A DNA stretch of 64,000 nt from Candidatus Latescibacterota bacterium (GTDB lineage: Bacteria; Latescibacterota; UBA2968; GCA-2709665), in contig CBDDDZ010000005.1 of the NCBI GenBank assembly GCA_965226795.1, forward strand, positions 2,784,001 to 2,848,000, written 5' to 3'. The notes beneath the pieces are model-generated. The model saw only the letters and a program-made list of their open reading frames with translations, ran no database searches and had not been told where the DNA came from. A program made the position numbers and the translations under genes. Positions 1 to 10,072 of this stretch are shown here, in pieces. Within the stretch, counting starts at the first letter, position 1. Each line of letters starts with the position of its first letter.

Positions 1-31
1 TGCCGGTGAAAACTTGAAAGTCGTAACTCAA
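1..31 (-). CDS. prs: 5' end of probable ribose-phosphate pyrophosphokinase (runs off window)
   Basis: AAGGAGG RBS followed by TTG start; reads MSYDFQVFTG, resembling the Prs N-terminus (..lFaGN). Only 10 codons visible. Confidence 0.45.
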   Translation of the reverse strand, partial: MSYDFQVFTG

Positions 32-317
32 AACGTCAGCCTCCTTGTAGGAGTACGAATCTCGGGGTTGAAGAATTGTCTCGGGAAAGGACGGGTGAAA
101 TATATAACCCGTCTGACTGAGGAGCAATTAAATTTGACAATGGGAAGCGATTCGGATTGCGCTCAACCCGTCGCCGTTGCCCGTTCAGGGACGATACGGA
201 TCAAGACCGGAATCCGTCGGCGCGAGCGTATCGGGGCGTCCCGAATCGTCACTTTCGCGCCGGAATCCCCGAAGCGGACTGCGCGCCCCAGAAATCGTGG
301 CATTGGAAAAATAGAGT

Positions 318-1004
318 ATGTTGAAGATCCTCTACCAGGACGACCATTACGTTGCCGTTGACAAACCGAGCGGCATCTTCGTACACCCCACCCGACTCGG
401 TCCACGGGAACCGAACTGCATGTCCAGGCTGGGCAGGCAACTCGGTCGTTCCGTGTACACCATTCACAGGCTGGACCGCGCCACCTCTGGTGTGCTTCTC
501 TTCGCACTGAGTTCCGAGGCGGCCCGGGAAATGTGCCTCCTTTTCGAGAACCGCCGCATCCAAAAGGAATACCTGGCCGTGGTACGCGGATTCACGCCTG
601 AATCCGGAAGGATAGATCACCCCCTGCGTGAACACAAGAAAAAGGCAGCGGTGGAAGCGGTTACCGACTTCGTCCGCGTAGGCACCGTCGAACTCCAGGA
701 ATCCGTGGGCAAACATGCCACCGCGCGCCTCTCACTGGTACGAGCCGTTCCTCAAACCGGCCGCATGCACCAGATCCGGAAACACATGGCCCATATTTCC
801 CATCCTGTTGTGGGTGACACCACGTACGGCGACGGCGCGCACACACGGTTCGTTCGTACCAGGTTTGGTTTGTGCCGTCTGGCGCTCATGGCCGCCCGGC
901 TGTCATTTTTGCATCCATATACCGGGGAAGGGGTTGCCGTGGTCGCGGATCCTACGGAAGATCTCCAGGCGACGTTTATCGGGTTAGGCTGGAACGAAAC
1001 GTAG
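318..1004 (+). CDS. truC: tRNA pseudouridine(65) synthase TruC-like (RluA family)
   Basis: ILYQD..VAVDKPSG, catalytic HRLDRATSG and PQTGRMHQIR motifs; no S4 domain. Confidence 0.85.
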   Translation: MLKILYQDDHYVAVDKPSGIFVHPTRLGPREPNCMSRLGRQLGRSVYTIHRLDRATSGVLLFALSSEAAREMCLLFENRRIQKEYLAVVRGFTPESGRIDHPLREHKKKAAVEAVTDFVRVGTVELQESVGKHATARLSLVRAVPQTGRMHQIRKHMAHISHPVVGDTTYGDGAHTRFVRTRFGLCRLALMAARLSFLHPYTGEGVAVVADPTEDLQATFIGLGWNET

Positions 1005-1081
1005 CCGGCACCTACCGGCCCTTGATGCACCACCCCGCACGGAAGACGAATGTAAGACAACCGAGAAACGGTCTTATTTGC

Positions 1082-2035
1082 ATGCCCGTCAGCCCGGAAC
1101 ACATCACACTTATCCGAAGTGGCGCCATCGGAGACTTCGTGCTTACTCTCCCCGCGGTGGACGCCCTGCGCAGGGCTTTCCCACGCGCTACCCAAAGACT
1201 CATCGGTAACCCCACGACTCTGCGACTCGCACCCGTCGACAATCTTGTCGACATCAACAGCGCCGAAATCGCCGGGCTATATAATCCCGAAGGTCCGGTT
1301 CCCGAACGCACCCGCGCTCTCTTCTCCAATGTCGACCTACTTCTGGCCTACGCCGTCGACCCGGATTGCAGCCTTGAAGCCCGACTCACTGAGATGGTAT
1401 GCGGCCGGGCAATCGTATACGACCCGCGTCCGAAAGGGGGCATCCACATCATCGACCACCTCCTGGCGCCGTTTGGAAGGTTGTGTATTCCCACGCCAGA
1501 CCCGATCCCCCGGATCCGTCTGCACGAGTATGAACTGGTTCACGCCGACGACATCCTTCAAAAACACCGCCTGCCCTCCCCTTTGGTGGCCATTCACCCG
1601 GGAAGCGGTGGCCGGGGAAAATGCTGGTCGCTATCCTCCTTTTTTGAGCTCGCCCGCGGACTCCGCCTCCGCGGCGCAGGCGTCGTAGCCCTTTGCGGAC
1701 CCGTGGAAGGGGACACCGTCGATGAACTGCGGGCGCACCTCCCATGCCTGATTCCTCCCGACCCTCGCAGCCTTGCCTGCCTGCTAAACAGTGCCGACCT
1801 TTTCATTGGAAACGACTCCGGGCCGGGACACGTAGCCGCAGCAGTGGGCACCCCTACGCTCACCCTGTTTGGGCCTACGGACGCGGAAACGTGGGCGCCG
1901 CGCCATCCCCTCGCCCGTGTTCTGAAGGCCCCGGACGGACACCTTTCTTCCCTTTCGGTCGAATCCGTCCTGCAGGCCGCGCTCGAACAGCTTGCGACTG
2001 TCACATCCCCGCCACCGGATTCGCACCGCCCTTAA
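1082..2035 (+). CDS. Glycosyltransferase family 9 (ADP-heptose:LPS heptosyltransferase-like)
   Basis: GAIGDFVLTLP, IHPGSG..K.W and FIGNDSGPGHVAAAVGTPTLTLFGPT motifs; start taken at ATG 1082. Confidence 0.9.
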   Translation: MPVSPEHITLIRSGAIGDFVLTLPAVDALRRAFPRATQRLIGNPTTLRLAPVDNLVDINSAEIAGLYNPEGPVPERTRALFSNVDLLLAYAVDPDCSLEARLTEMVCGRAIVYDPRPKGGIHIIDHLLAPFGRLCIPTPDPIPRIRLHEYELVHADDILQKHRLPSPLVAIHPGSGGRGKCWSLSSFFELARGLRLRGAGVVALCGPVEGDTVDELRAHLPCLIPPDPRSLACLLNSADLFIGNDSGPGHVAAAVGTPTLTLFGPTDAETWAPRHPLARVLKAPDGHLSSLSVESVLQAALEQLATVTSPPPDSHRP

Positions 2036-2079
2036 TGCCGGTACTGACGTGATTCTCCTACCGGTTCACCGCATTGAAT

Positions 2080-2108
2080 TTGACAGCATGAAACGTTTGT
2101 GGCATATT
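2080..2108 (+). promoter_or_regulatory. Putative sigma70 promoter
   Basis: TTGACA-17nt-CATATT with a TG extended -10, upstream of the PhyH gene. Confidence 0.5.
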
Positions 2109-2178
2109 ACGTCCCAACAGCGAAAGCGTATTGACGTCGTCTTCTTCCGTCAAGGGCACCGAAAACAAGGAGATTCGT

Positions 2179-3141
2179 ATGAACGCCCTGCTCGACCTGA
2201 CCTTTCGCGGGAATCCGCTGGTTGGATCCATTAATGACGCCGGCGAGTTGCGGCGCTCGGACGACATTTCGCACGATCCCATCGCGCTCCACGCCCGCAT
2301 GGCCGACGACGGGTACCTCTACCTTCCCGGACTCCTCGACCCCGAAGAATCGCTGGCTGCGCGCCTGGAAGTGATGAAACGCCTTGCCAGGCTGGGCTCA
2401 TTGGATGAAACCCGTCCCCTTCTCGAAGGAAAACACAAACCCGGCGGCAAGCTCGGCTCCATGTTTGACTTCACACTCAATAATCCGGCACTGATAAAAA
2501 TCCTCTACGACGGATCCATGATCCGGTTTTATGAACGATTCCTGGGTGGTCCCGTCACCCATTTCGACTATACATGGTTTCGGGTTAAAGCCCCGGGTGC
2601 GGCGTCGCCCACCCAACCCCACTACGACGTGGTCTACATGGGCCGTGGTACCCCCAACCTCTACAGCTCCTGGACCCCGCTCGGCGACGTACCCTTCGAA
2701 ATGGGCGGCCTGATCATCCTTGAAAATTCCCACAAGAGCGAACGCCTTCGGCACACCTATGCACGCACCGACGTAGACAAATACTGCGAAAATGAAAATC
2801 GGGCCAGACGGATCGTTGAAACCGCCAGAGTGCAGGAACGCGATCTCACCGGCGAGGAACAGTCCGGAATCCGCTGGAATTCCACAGGTTCGTTTGCGCC
2901 CGACGCCATTCAGGCTCGAAACGAACTGGGCGGCCGCTGGCTGACGGCGGACTACAAATTGGGCGACGTGCTGGTCTTCTCCATGCGTACTTTGCACGCC
3001 AGCTCAGACAACCACACCGACCGCATCCGTATTTCCTCGGACTCCCGCTATCAACTCGCCTCCGAACCACAGGACGAACGATGGATCGGGGCCAGCCCGC
3101 CTGCGCATGGAATTCGCGCAAAACAAGGTATGATCTGTTGA
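2179..3141 (+). CDS. Phytanoyl-CoA dioxygenase (PhyH) family Fe/2OG dioxygenase
   Basis: DGYLYL, HYD facial-triad motif, WTPLGD, GGL, GDVLVF...H.S..N...IR.S.D.RY; AAGGAG RBS before ATG 2179. Confidence 0.88.
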   Translation: MNALLDLTFRGNPLVGSINDAGELRRSDDISHDPIALHARMADDGYLYLPGLLDPEESLAARLEVMKRLARLGSLDETRPLLEGKHKPGGKLGSMFDFTLNNPALIKILYDGSMIRFYERFLGGPVTHFDYTWFRVKAPGAASPTQPHYDVVYMGRGTPNLYSSWTPLGDVPFEMGGLIILENSHKSERLRHTYARTDVDKYCENENRARRIVETARVQERDLTGEEQSGIRWNSTGSFAPDAIQARNELGGRWLTADYKLGDVLVFSMRTLHASSDNHTDRIRISSDSRYQLASEPQDERWIGASPPAHGIRAKQGMIC

Positions 3142-3224
3142 CCTTTACTCGTTGATGGCTTGAATTCCCAGACATGCTCCTGACATAAGAAAGTTCCGGA
3201 CTTCAGCAGACAGACCCGTTTTTT

Positions 3225-5147
3225 TTAAATCCCGTCTTTCGCGCCACGTTCGCGCATCTGCTGTACAAACGAGTTTCCCGAAAAATCGCCGCGCACTGCC
3301 CTGAAGTCGGCCTCCACTTCGTCCCCGCCACCGTCGGCGCCATAACCGATCGCCGCGGCGCTGCCAAACTCCTTTTCTGCATCCGCCAGCACCTTTTTCA
3401 TAGACGAGGCGCGCGCTTTCCGGTGCGTTGCTTTCAATTCCTCGAAGTCCTCCGGCGTCAGCGCTTCCACACCGGTGCCGGTACGAACCCGGAACGCCCG
3501 CCGCACCCATGCCCACTCATCCCTTTCGTACATCCCGTTGGCCGACTCGAATGCCGCATTGAACTCCGCTACCGTGTCAATTCTTCCGGACACAATATCC
3601 GTTTCAATCTGCGCCAGCCGTGCCCCTGCAAGCAATAAACCGCCCACGTCCGCCCAACGCTCATCGTATACCTCGCCTTCAACCCGGCCCAGCGCCTTTC
3701 CCTCCGCCGCTCGCTGAAGGATCTTTCCAATGAGGTACATGTCGATCGCCGCCGCGTAATTCCTGATGCCGTGGCGCAAGACCAGGCGCCGTATCCTCAC
3801 CCCGTTGTGGCGCACGTGCTCCACCTCTCGCGGCGTCCTGCAATAAAGCGCATTCAACAGCGCCTCTCCCTTCATCATCCGCTCGACCGTGTAGGGACTG
3901 AACACCTCGTACCGGATCTGGTCGCGCTTTACGGAAGCCGTGCGCCGATCCCGGTTTGGCCACTTCTCGCCATCGCGAACCGTACCTACCGTGTGCAGGT
4001 TCATCGCAGGCGTAAGGAAACTCGCTCCCTTTTCCTCAACGACGTAGGAAAACGGCAAATCCCGAATATCGAAATTCGTCATATGCTTACCGATGACAAC
4101 CGTAAACGGTCCCACCGCGCTCGGTAGAAGCATATAGGAAGACGATCCAGTCTTGCTGCCGCGTTCAAGCACACCCTGGTGCACCGGACCGAGCTTATAC
4201 ATGTGGTTACTCTGGTTCGTCCCGCTACCGGCGTTGTAGAACGAAAACAAACCCGCAATCAGCAGCGTGCTCTTGTGGTGAGTCACTGTATAAGGGCCGC
4301 CGAACACCGCACAGGCTTCGCCGTTAAAGCACTCCGAATTGGCGAAGAAGAGGGAATTCTCGGCCGAAAACTGCTTCCCGACCTCTACTCCCTGTCCAAT
4401 AAAGCACCGGTTAATAATGGCGCCGCTATCCACCCGGGAGCCCTCGGAAATGATGAAATCTTCGGCCACAACCGATGCGCCAACCCGTGTTCGCGCATCC
4501 ACCTCGCTCAGGACGGTTCCGTTTTTCAGCATCGCCGCCCCGGTGACCACCGCGCAGCTACCGATATTCACGTCCACAATCTCATTTACATGGGCGACGA
4601 CGGCGCGTTCGCCAACCATTCCTACATCCGACGCTTTCTCAGCGACGAATGCGTCCACCATTGCCTGGAGGCGCACAGTCATCTCCGTCCGATACCGGTG
4701 CATACTCATCAGGTACGCGAACTGGCTGGACATCTCATTGAACATCGGCACCTCCCGCCCGCCCCCCTCGTTTACGGGTTCCACGACCACGCCATTTCCG
4801 AATGTCGAACCGGCCCGCGTCGTCATCTGCCCCACATCCGTTATGACCGCACCTTCGCCAACGCGGTAATTCGCGAGATGACTGCGCACGTGCGTCACAC
4901 GCACGTTATCCCCCAGTTCGCAGTTTATCAGCGTGGCGTACGAAATTTCCGCCGGCAATTCCACACCGGCGAATGACACGGTGCCCTCCAGAGCACCCAT
5001 CTTTACCTGTCCGTCAAAAACGACATGTTTCACCCGTTCCGGATTGAACCGTTGCTTCACCTCTACCTTCGACCAATCCGCGGCCGCGCACCCGTTCCGT
5101 TCCAGCGCCGCGATCTCAGCCCGGGAAAGCGCACGATAGCCAGCCAT
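3225..5147 (-). CDS. DUF4954 family protein (left-handed beta-helix repeats)
   Basis: YRAL...EI..LE.NGC.A.DW N-terminus, NEGGGREV, GPYTVTHHKSTLLIAG and NAGSGTNQSNHMYKLGP motifs. Confidence 0.85.
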   Translation of the reverse strand: MAGYRALSRAEIAALERNGCAAADWSKVEVKQRFNPERVKHVVFDGQVKMGALEGTVSFAGVELPAEISYATLINCELGDNVRVTHVRSHLANYRVGEGAVITDVGQMTTRAGSTFGNGVVVEPVNEGGGREVPMFNEMSSQFAYLMSMHRYRTEMTVRLQAMVDAFVAEKASDVGMVGERAVVAHVNEIVDVNIGSCAVVTGAAMLKNGTVLSEVDARTRVGASVVAEDFIISEGSRVDSGAIINRCFIGQGVEVGKQFSAENSLFFANSECFNGEACAVFGGPYTVTHHKSTLLIAGLFSFYNAGSGTNQSNHMYKLGPVHQGVLERGSKTGSSSYMLLPSAVGPFTVVIGKHMTNFDIRDLPFSYVVEEKGASFLTPAMNLHTVGTVRDGEKWPNRDRRTASVKRDQIRYEVFSPYTVERMMKGEALLNALYCRTPREVEHVRHNGVRIRRLVLRHGIRNYAAAIDMYLIGKILQRAAEGKALGRVEGEVYDERWADVGGLLLAGARLAQIETDIVSGRIDTVAEFNAAFESANGMYERDEWAWVRRAFRVRTGTGVEALTPEDFEELKATHRKARASSMKKVLADAEKEFGSAAAIGYGADGGGDEVEADFRAVRGDFSGNSFVQQMRERGAKDGI

Positions 5148-5541
5148 ATGAGATTTATCCTCCCTTCGTGGTCCGATTCAGTGGCGCGTATCTCACTAAA
5201 AAACCGTTCATTATCGATTCAAAAGGACGGGTAAGATATTCAGCCCCGAGCCCGACAGCAAGCATTTTCTGTCGAATTCCCTGCACGTTCAGCCACAGCC
5301 TGACACCGGGCAAAACGCTTTACTTAAAGCCGACCTTTTGGTATATTTGCTGTCCTTTATGATCACTCGCCGATTCTCGTAACGGCGGTTTGCGATCAGG
5401 GTTCCAGGTGTCCGGATCCCAGGACTGGTGCGGGTTTCGATGCGCGGGCCAAATAGGCACAACCGAATCTGCAATCGGTATACGCCGCTCACAGCAAAGA
5501 ATGCGGGATTTTTCAGGTAAACTTCGGACGAAAGGAAGTCA

Positions 5542-6300
5542 ATGGCGGGCAGCATCAGGCTCAGAGTATGCGAGACCAGCGCCGCGGTGGCGGCAGAAGC
5601 GTCGGAAATCATCGCAAATCTGGTCCGCACCAGGCCGGATGCGGTCATCGGATTGGCCACGGGATCCACACCGGAACGGACCTATGCCAGGCTCGCGGAG
5701 TTGCATCGTAACGAGGGTCTCGGGTTCGCCCGGGTTACCTCGTTCAACCTGGACGAATACTGGGGCCTGGATGGCGACCATGACCAGAGCTACCGTTATT
5801 TCATGAACGATCGCCTGTTTCAAAAGATCGACATTCGGCCGTGGAACACCCACCTCCTGAACGGTACCGCCGCCAATCCCGAGTTCGAATGCAGGGCTTT
5901 CGAAACCAAAATACTGGCCGCCGGCGGCATTGACCTCTGGCTGCTCGGTATTGGCACCAACGGACATATCGCATTCAACGAACCCGGCAGCCCCGTGGAC
6001 AGCCGCACGCGCCTCGTCAACCTCGCTCCGAACACAATTTCGGCGAACAGTGACGGCCGTTTCTTCAAGGATGCCGCCAGCGTCCCCCGGTTCGCCCTCT
6101 CGGCCGGAATCGGCACCATTCGAGAGGCACGGAGTATTCTGCTGCTGGCCACCGGCTCTCAGAAGGCCGGCGCCATCGCGCAAGTTCTCGAAGGCCCGCC
6201 CTCACCGGACTGCCCGGCCAGCCTGCTGCAGAGCCATCCTGACTGCACATTTATTGTGGACCGTGACGCCGCTTCAGAACTCAAATCCAGTCAAATCTGA
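5542..6300 (+). CDS. nagB: Glucosamine-6-phosphate deaminase
   Basis: GLATGSTP, FNLDEY, LLGIGTNGHIAFNEPGS motifs. Confidence 0.95.
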   Translation: MAGSIRLRVCETSAAVAAEASEIIANLVRTRPDAVIGLATGSTPERTYARLAELHRNEGLGFARVTSFNLDEYWGLDGDHDQSYRYFMNDRLFQKIDIRPWNTHLLNGTAANPEFECRAFETKILAAGGIDLWLLGIGTNGHIAFNEPGSPVDSRTRLVNLAPNTISANSDGRFFKDAASVPRFALSAGIGTIREARSILLLATGSQKAGAIAQVLEGPPSPDCPASLLQSHPDCTFIVDRDAASELKSSQI

Positions 6301-6364
6301 ACTATAGTGTCCTGCACCAAGACGGGGATTCTTTCAACCTTCCCGAAATTACACGGAGCGTCAA

Positions 6365-6610
6365 ATGGATCGCGAAGAAATCAAGGCTGGCGTGTACCGG
6401 GTCATATCCCGGGTTCTCGGAATCGACACGACGCAGGTCGGAGAGGATCAGAGCTTCACGGAGGATCTGGGGGCTGAATCCGTACAGTCCGTAGAACTCA
6501 TGGCCGGCTTTGAAGAGGAATTCGATATAGAAATGGACGAAGATGGAGCCCTGGCCGTACAAACCGTGGGTGGCGCCATCGACTTCATTGCGAAGTATGT
6601 AAATGGTTGA
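6365..6610 (+). CDS. acpP: Acyl carrier protein
   Basis: 81 aa, acidic; DLGAESVQSVEL (phosphopantetheine Ser, variant of DLGADSLD), EEEFDIE, TVG.AI.FI. Confidence 0.85.
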   Translation: MDREEIKAGVYRVISRVLGIDTTQVGEDQSFTEDLGAESVQSVELMAGFEEEFDIEMDEDGALAVQTVGGAIDFIAKYVNG

Positions 6611-6651
6611 TACCGAAACACCTGTCCCCGATCATGCCAGGAGTGGGTACC

Positions 6652-8043
6652 ATGAAAACAAGAGACATCATCGACGTCGACGAGCCAAACCTCCTCGACG
6701 AACAATTCGGCTACAACCTGCCTCCCGGAATTCTGTTTGACGGCCCCCTGTACGAAGAAATTGGAGACCGGCTCGTCAGATTCGACCCGGAGGAAGCCCT
6801 CGCCCGCGACCTCGTCATTACCGATACCACTTTTCGGGACGGCCAGCAGGCCCGCCCGCCGTATACGGTGGAACAGCAGGTCAGACTCTACGATATGATG
6901 GCCAGGCTCGGCGGGCCAAACGGCATTATCCGCCAGACCGAGTTCTTTCTCTACACCAAAAACGACCGACGCACCCTGGAAGAATGCCGTGCGCTCGGGC
7001 ACCGTTTTCCCGAAATCACCTCCTGGATCCGGGCCGACAAGGGAGACTTTCGCCTGGTCAAGGAAGCAGGTGTACGGGAAACCGGGATGCTCACGCCCAG
7101 TTCCGACTATCACATCTTTTACAAACTCAAAAAAGACCGCAGGAAGGCATTCAACGACTACCTGGAGGTCGTCGAAGCCGCCTGGGAATCCGGCATAAGA
7201 CCACGGTGCCACCTGGAGGACGTCACCCGAGCGGACATCGAAGGCTACGTGTTGCCATTCGTCCAGGAACTGATGCGCCGTTCCGAGCAGGTGCCGCCGG
7301 AACTCCGCGCCAAAATCCGGCTCTGCGACACCATGGGTTTCGGGATCAGCTATCCCGGGGCGCGCCTCCCGCGCTCAATTCCCAAACTCGTCTACCGGAT
7401 GACCAACGACGGCGGGGTTCCGCACGATTGTCTGGAATGGCATGGGCACAACGACTTCCACAAAGTTCACGTCAACGGGGCTACCGCCTGGCTCTACGGC
7501 TGCAATGCACTCAACACGACGTTGTTCGGTTTCGGCGAACGCACCGGCAACCCTCCCCTCGAAGGTGCGATACTCGAATATATCGGCCTGCGCGGAAGCC
7601 TTTGCGGCATAGATACCATGATGATCCAGGAAATGGCCGGCTACATGCGCTCCATCGGCGTTGACATCGCTCCAAACTACCCGTTTGTGGGCAGGGATTT
7701 CAACACCACGAGGGCCGGCATCCACGCGGGCGGCCTGCGTTCCGATGAACGCATCTACAACATTTTCGATACCACCGCACTGTTCGGACGACCACCCCGG
7801 GTGGCGATAACGGACAAAACCGGTGTCGACGGGGTTGCCCTCTGGGTCAATGAGTTCCTGGGTCTCAAGGGCAACGCCCGGCTCAGCAAAATCAAAGTTC
7901 ACAAAATCGCCCGGTGGGTTATGGATCAGTACGAAATTCATGGTCGAATGAGCGCAATTACGGACAAGGAACTGGAAGAACAGGTCAAAATCAACCTCCC
8001 GGACCGGTACGCAATTTTTCAGGCCGGCCGCAAGGCCGGCTGA
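6652..8043 (+). CDS. Re-citrate synthase-like (IPMS/homocitrate synthase DRE-TIM family)
   Basis: ITDTTFRDGQQARPPYTVEQ, RCHLEDVTRAD, CDTMG, EWHGHNDF, GERTGN; no LeuA regulatory domain. Alternative TTG start at 6607. Confidence 0.75.
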   Translation: MKTRDIIDVDEPNLLDEQFGYNLPPGILFDGPLYEEIGDRLVRFDPEEALARDLVITDTTFRDGQQARPPYTVEQQVRLYDMMARLGGPNGIIRQTEFFLYTKNDRRTLEECRALGHRFPEITSWIRADKGDFRLVKEAGVRETGMLTPSSDYHIFYKLKKDRRKAFNDYLEVVEAAWESGIRPRCHLEDVTRADIEGYVLPFVQELMRRSEQVPPELRAKIRLCDTMGFGISYPGARLPRSIPKLVYRMTNDGGVPHDCLEWHGHNDFHKVHVNGATAWLYGCNALNTTLFGFGERTGNPPLEGAILEYIGLRGSLCGIDTMMIQEMAGYMRSIGVDIAPNYPFVGRDFNTTRAGIHAGGLRSDERIYNIFDTTALFGRPPRVAITDKTGVDGVALWVNEFLGLKGNARLSKIKVHKIARWVMDQYEIHGRMSAITDKELEEQVKINLPDRYAIFQAGRKAG

Positions 8044-8086
8044 TCCGCCCGTTTCGCAGTAAATTTTCGGATGATGGCGACTTATC

Positions 8087-9106
8087 GTGACGACCCGTAC
8101 CGTCTCCCACACCGCACTTAACGCCTTTTGCGTTGACCTCCTCAAAGCGGCCGGTGTACCTGAATCCGACGCCGGAATCACGGCCCGTATCCAGGTTGAA
8201 GCAGACCTTCGTGGCGTACATTCCCATGGCGCGCGCGGAATTGCGGGCTACATCCGCCAGATCCTGAGAGGCGAGATCAACCCGAATGCCCAGCCCCGGG
8301 TCCTTAGCGAAGGGGCCGCGTACGTCCATATGGACGCGGATAACGCCCTAGGACAGGTGGCCGCGTATAAGGCTATGCAGCGCGCCATCCAGAAAGCGGA
8401 AGGGGCGGGCATCGGGATGGCCGCCGTCCGCAATACCAATCACTATGGCGCCGCAGCCTACTATGTGAACATGGCGGTCGAGGCCGGTATGGTGGGCTTC
8501 AACACCACCGGTGGACGCAAAAACCGAGGAAACATGGCGCCGTACGGCAGCATCGAACCCGCCATCGGGAACGCGCCCTTCGCCTACGGTATCCCCGCCG
8601 GCCGGGAACGCCCCATCATCCTCGACATGGCCACCGGGGTAGTTGCCGCCGGAAAAATCGGCATCGCCAGGGACCGAGGCGAGAAAATCCCGCTGGGCTG
8701 GGCTCTGGACGCGGCGGGGCAACCCACCGACGACCCCCGGGAAGCCCATATTGTCGTACCCCTCGGGCCAAAAGGATCGGGCCTCGCCATCGTGATGCAA
8801 TGTATCGGCGGCATCCTGGCCGGCGCCGCCTTTCCTGACGTCGAAAAGTTCGGCTATCTGTTCATCGCGATCAATGTATCCACGTTCGCCGATCCGGAAT
8901 CCTTCACAACGGAAGTTGACACCCGTATTCAGACCATCCGCGAGGCCAGACCCGCAACCGGCGTAGACCGCGTCTACTACCCGGGAGAACCTGAATGGAT
9001 CGCTCGCGAGCGCAACCTCGAAAACGGCATCCCCATGCTTCTTCCCCATGTGACCGACCTGGAATCCGTTGCTACCGAACTGGGCGTCTCGAAGCGATTG
9101 GGATGA
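8087..9106 (+). CDS. Ldh_2 family (malate/L-lactate/ureidoglycolate dehydrogenase-like) oxidoreductase
   Basis: EADLRGVHSHG, NHYGAA, LDMAT, WALD..G.PT.DP, KGSGLA, YPGE motifs. Confidence 0.9.
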   Translation: MTTRTVSHTALNAFCVDLLKAAGVPESDAGITARIQVEADLRGVHSHGARGIAGYIRQILRGEINPNAQPRVLSEGAAYVHMDADNALGQVAAYKAMQRAIQKAEGAGIGMAAVRNTNHYGAAAYYVNMAVEAGMVGFNTTGGRKNRGNMAPYGSIEPAIGNAPFAYGIPAGRERPIILDMATGVVAAGKIGIARDRGEKIPLGWALDAAGQPTDDPREAHIVVPLGPKGSGLAIVMQCIGGILAGAAFPDVEKFGYLFIAINVSTFADPESFTTEVDTRIQTIREARPATGVDRVYYPGEPEWIARERNLENGIPMLLPHVTDLESVATELGVSKRLG

Positions 9107-9192
9107 CACACCCGCGGCAGATCCGCGGCTGGTAATGAAGTCTTTTATATCCGAGCCATCGTCGAGGCCCCTTCCCGCGCTGCGAAAAACCG

Positions 9193-9927
9193 ATGGACAT
9201 CCTCGTCCTGACAGCCACCGCTTTCGAGCAGGAAACGCTCCGCCGGAGTATTCCGCATCCGACGACGCGGACATTCGCCTACCGCGCACGCACGGAGGGC
9301 GAACTGGGGCCCCGTCGCGTCGCCCTGATCGAAACCGGTATCGGCGCCGTCAATACGGCCCAGGCGCTGACCGCCGCTCTGGAATCCTGTCGACCCGACT
9401 TCGTTCTGCAAATCGGCGTCGGCGGCGCCTACGCCGGCTCGCAACTGGACGCGGGAGACCTCGCCGTGGCCACCGAAGAGAACGACGGGGAACTTGGGGT
9501 CCTCGCACCGGACGGCTGGCTGCCGGCAGATACCATCGGCATCCCCGTCCTCAGCAAGATCCGAAACCACTACAATACCTTTCCGCTTGATACGTTCCTT
9601 GCCCGACAGGCGGTGACTCGGATCCTCAATGCCGCGTGGCCGGATGGAACCCCGGCCGTGCGTTCCGGTCCTTTTGTCACCGTACAACAATGCAGTGGCC
9701 TCGCCGCCAGAGGCAGCGAACTCGCCGCGCGGTTCAACGCCATCTGCGAGAATATGGAAGGCGCGGCCGCCGCGCATCTCTGCACGCTATACGAGGTTCC
9801 TTTCGTGGAACTGCGAGGCATCAGCAACCTCGTCGAAGACCGGAACCCCGGAGCATGGAAGCTTGGTCTGGCGGCCGCGAACGCGCAACAGGCTGCCCAT
9901 GTCCTGATAGAGGACCTGACGCCCTGA
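9193..9927 (+). CDS. mqnB: Futalosine hydrolase
   Basis: PNP/MTAN fold: TGIGAVN.A, GVGGAY, ENMEGAAAA, ELRGISNLVEDR...W; adjacent to mqnD. Confidence 0.9.
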   Translation: MDILVLTATAFEQETLRRSIPHPTTRTFAYRARTEGELGPRRVALIETGIGAVNTAQALTAALESCRPDFVLQIGVGGAYAGSQLDAGDLAVATEENDGELGVLAPDGWLPADTIGIPVLSKIRNHYNTFPLDTFLARQAVTRILNAAWPDGTPAVRSGPFVTVQQCSGLAARGSELAARFNAICENMEGAAAAHLCTLYEVPFVELRGISNLVEDRNPGAWKLGLAAANAQQAAHVLIEDLTP

Positions 9928-10072
9928 ACCGTATAATCGTATACAGACCAGGCGTACACGGTCGATAGATTTCATCGGACGCGACCGCAGATGTGACGAT
10001 CAGAAAACCCCTTTCTGACGGCGAATGCATCCCCTTCGGCCAATGTGGAGTTTCGCGGTTCACGAGGACCTT

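Noticed and set aside
32..317. tRNA gene upstream of prs
   Set aside because: No cloverleaf or T-loop (GTTCGA) with an acceptor stem found
5148..5541. glmS ribozyme or other riboswitch upstream of nagB
   Set aside because: No recognisable conserved core; an Infernal scan would be needed
6305..6314. TAGTGTCCTG as a third MITE end
   Set aside because: Only ~10 bp match and no partner end nearby
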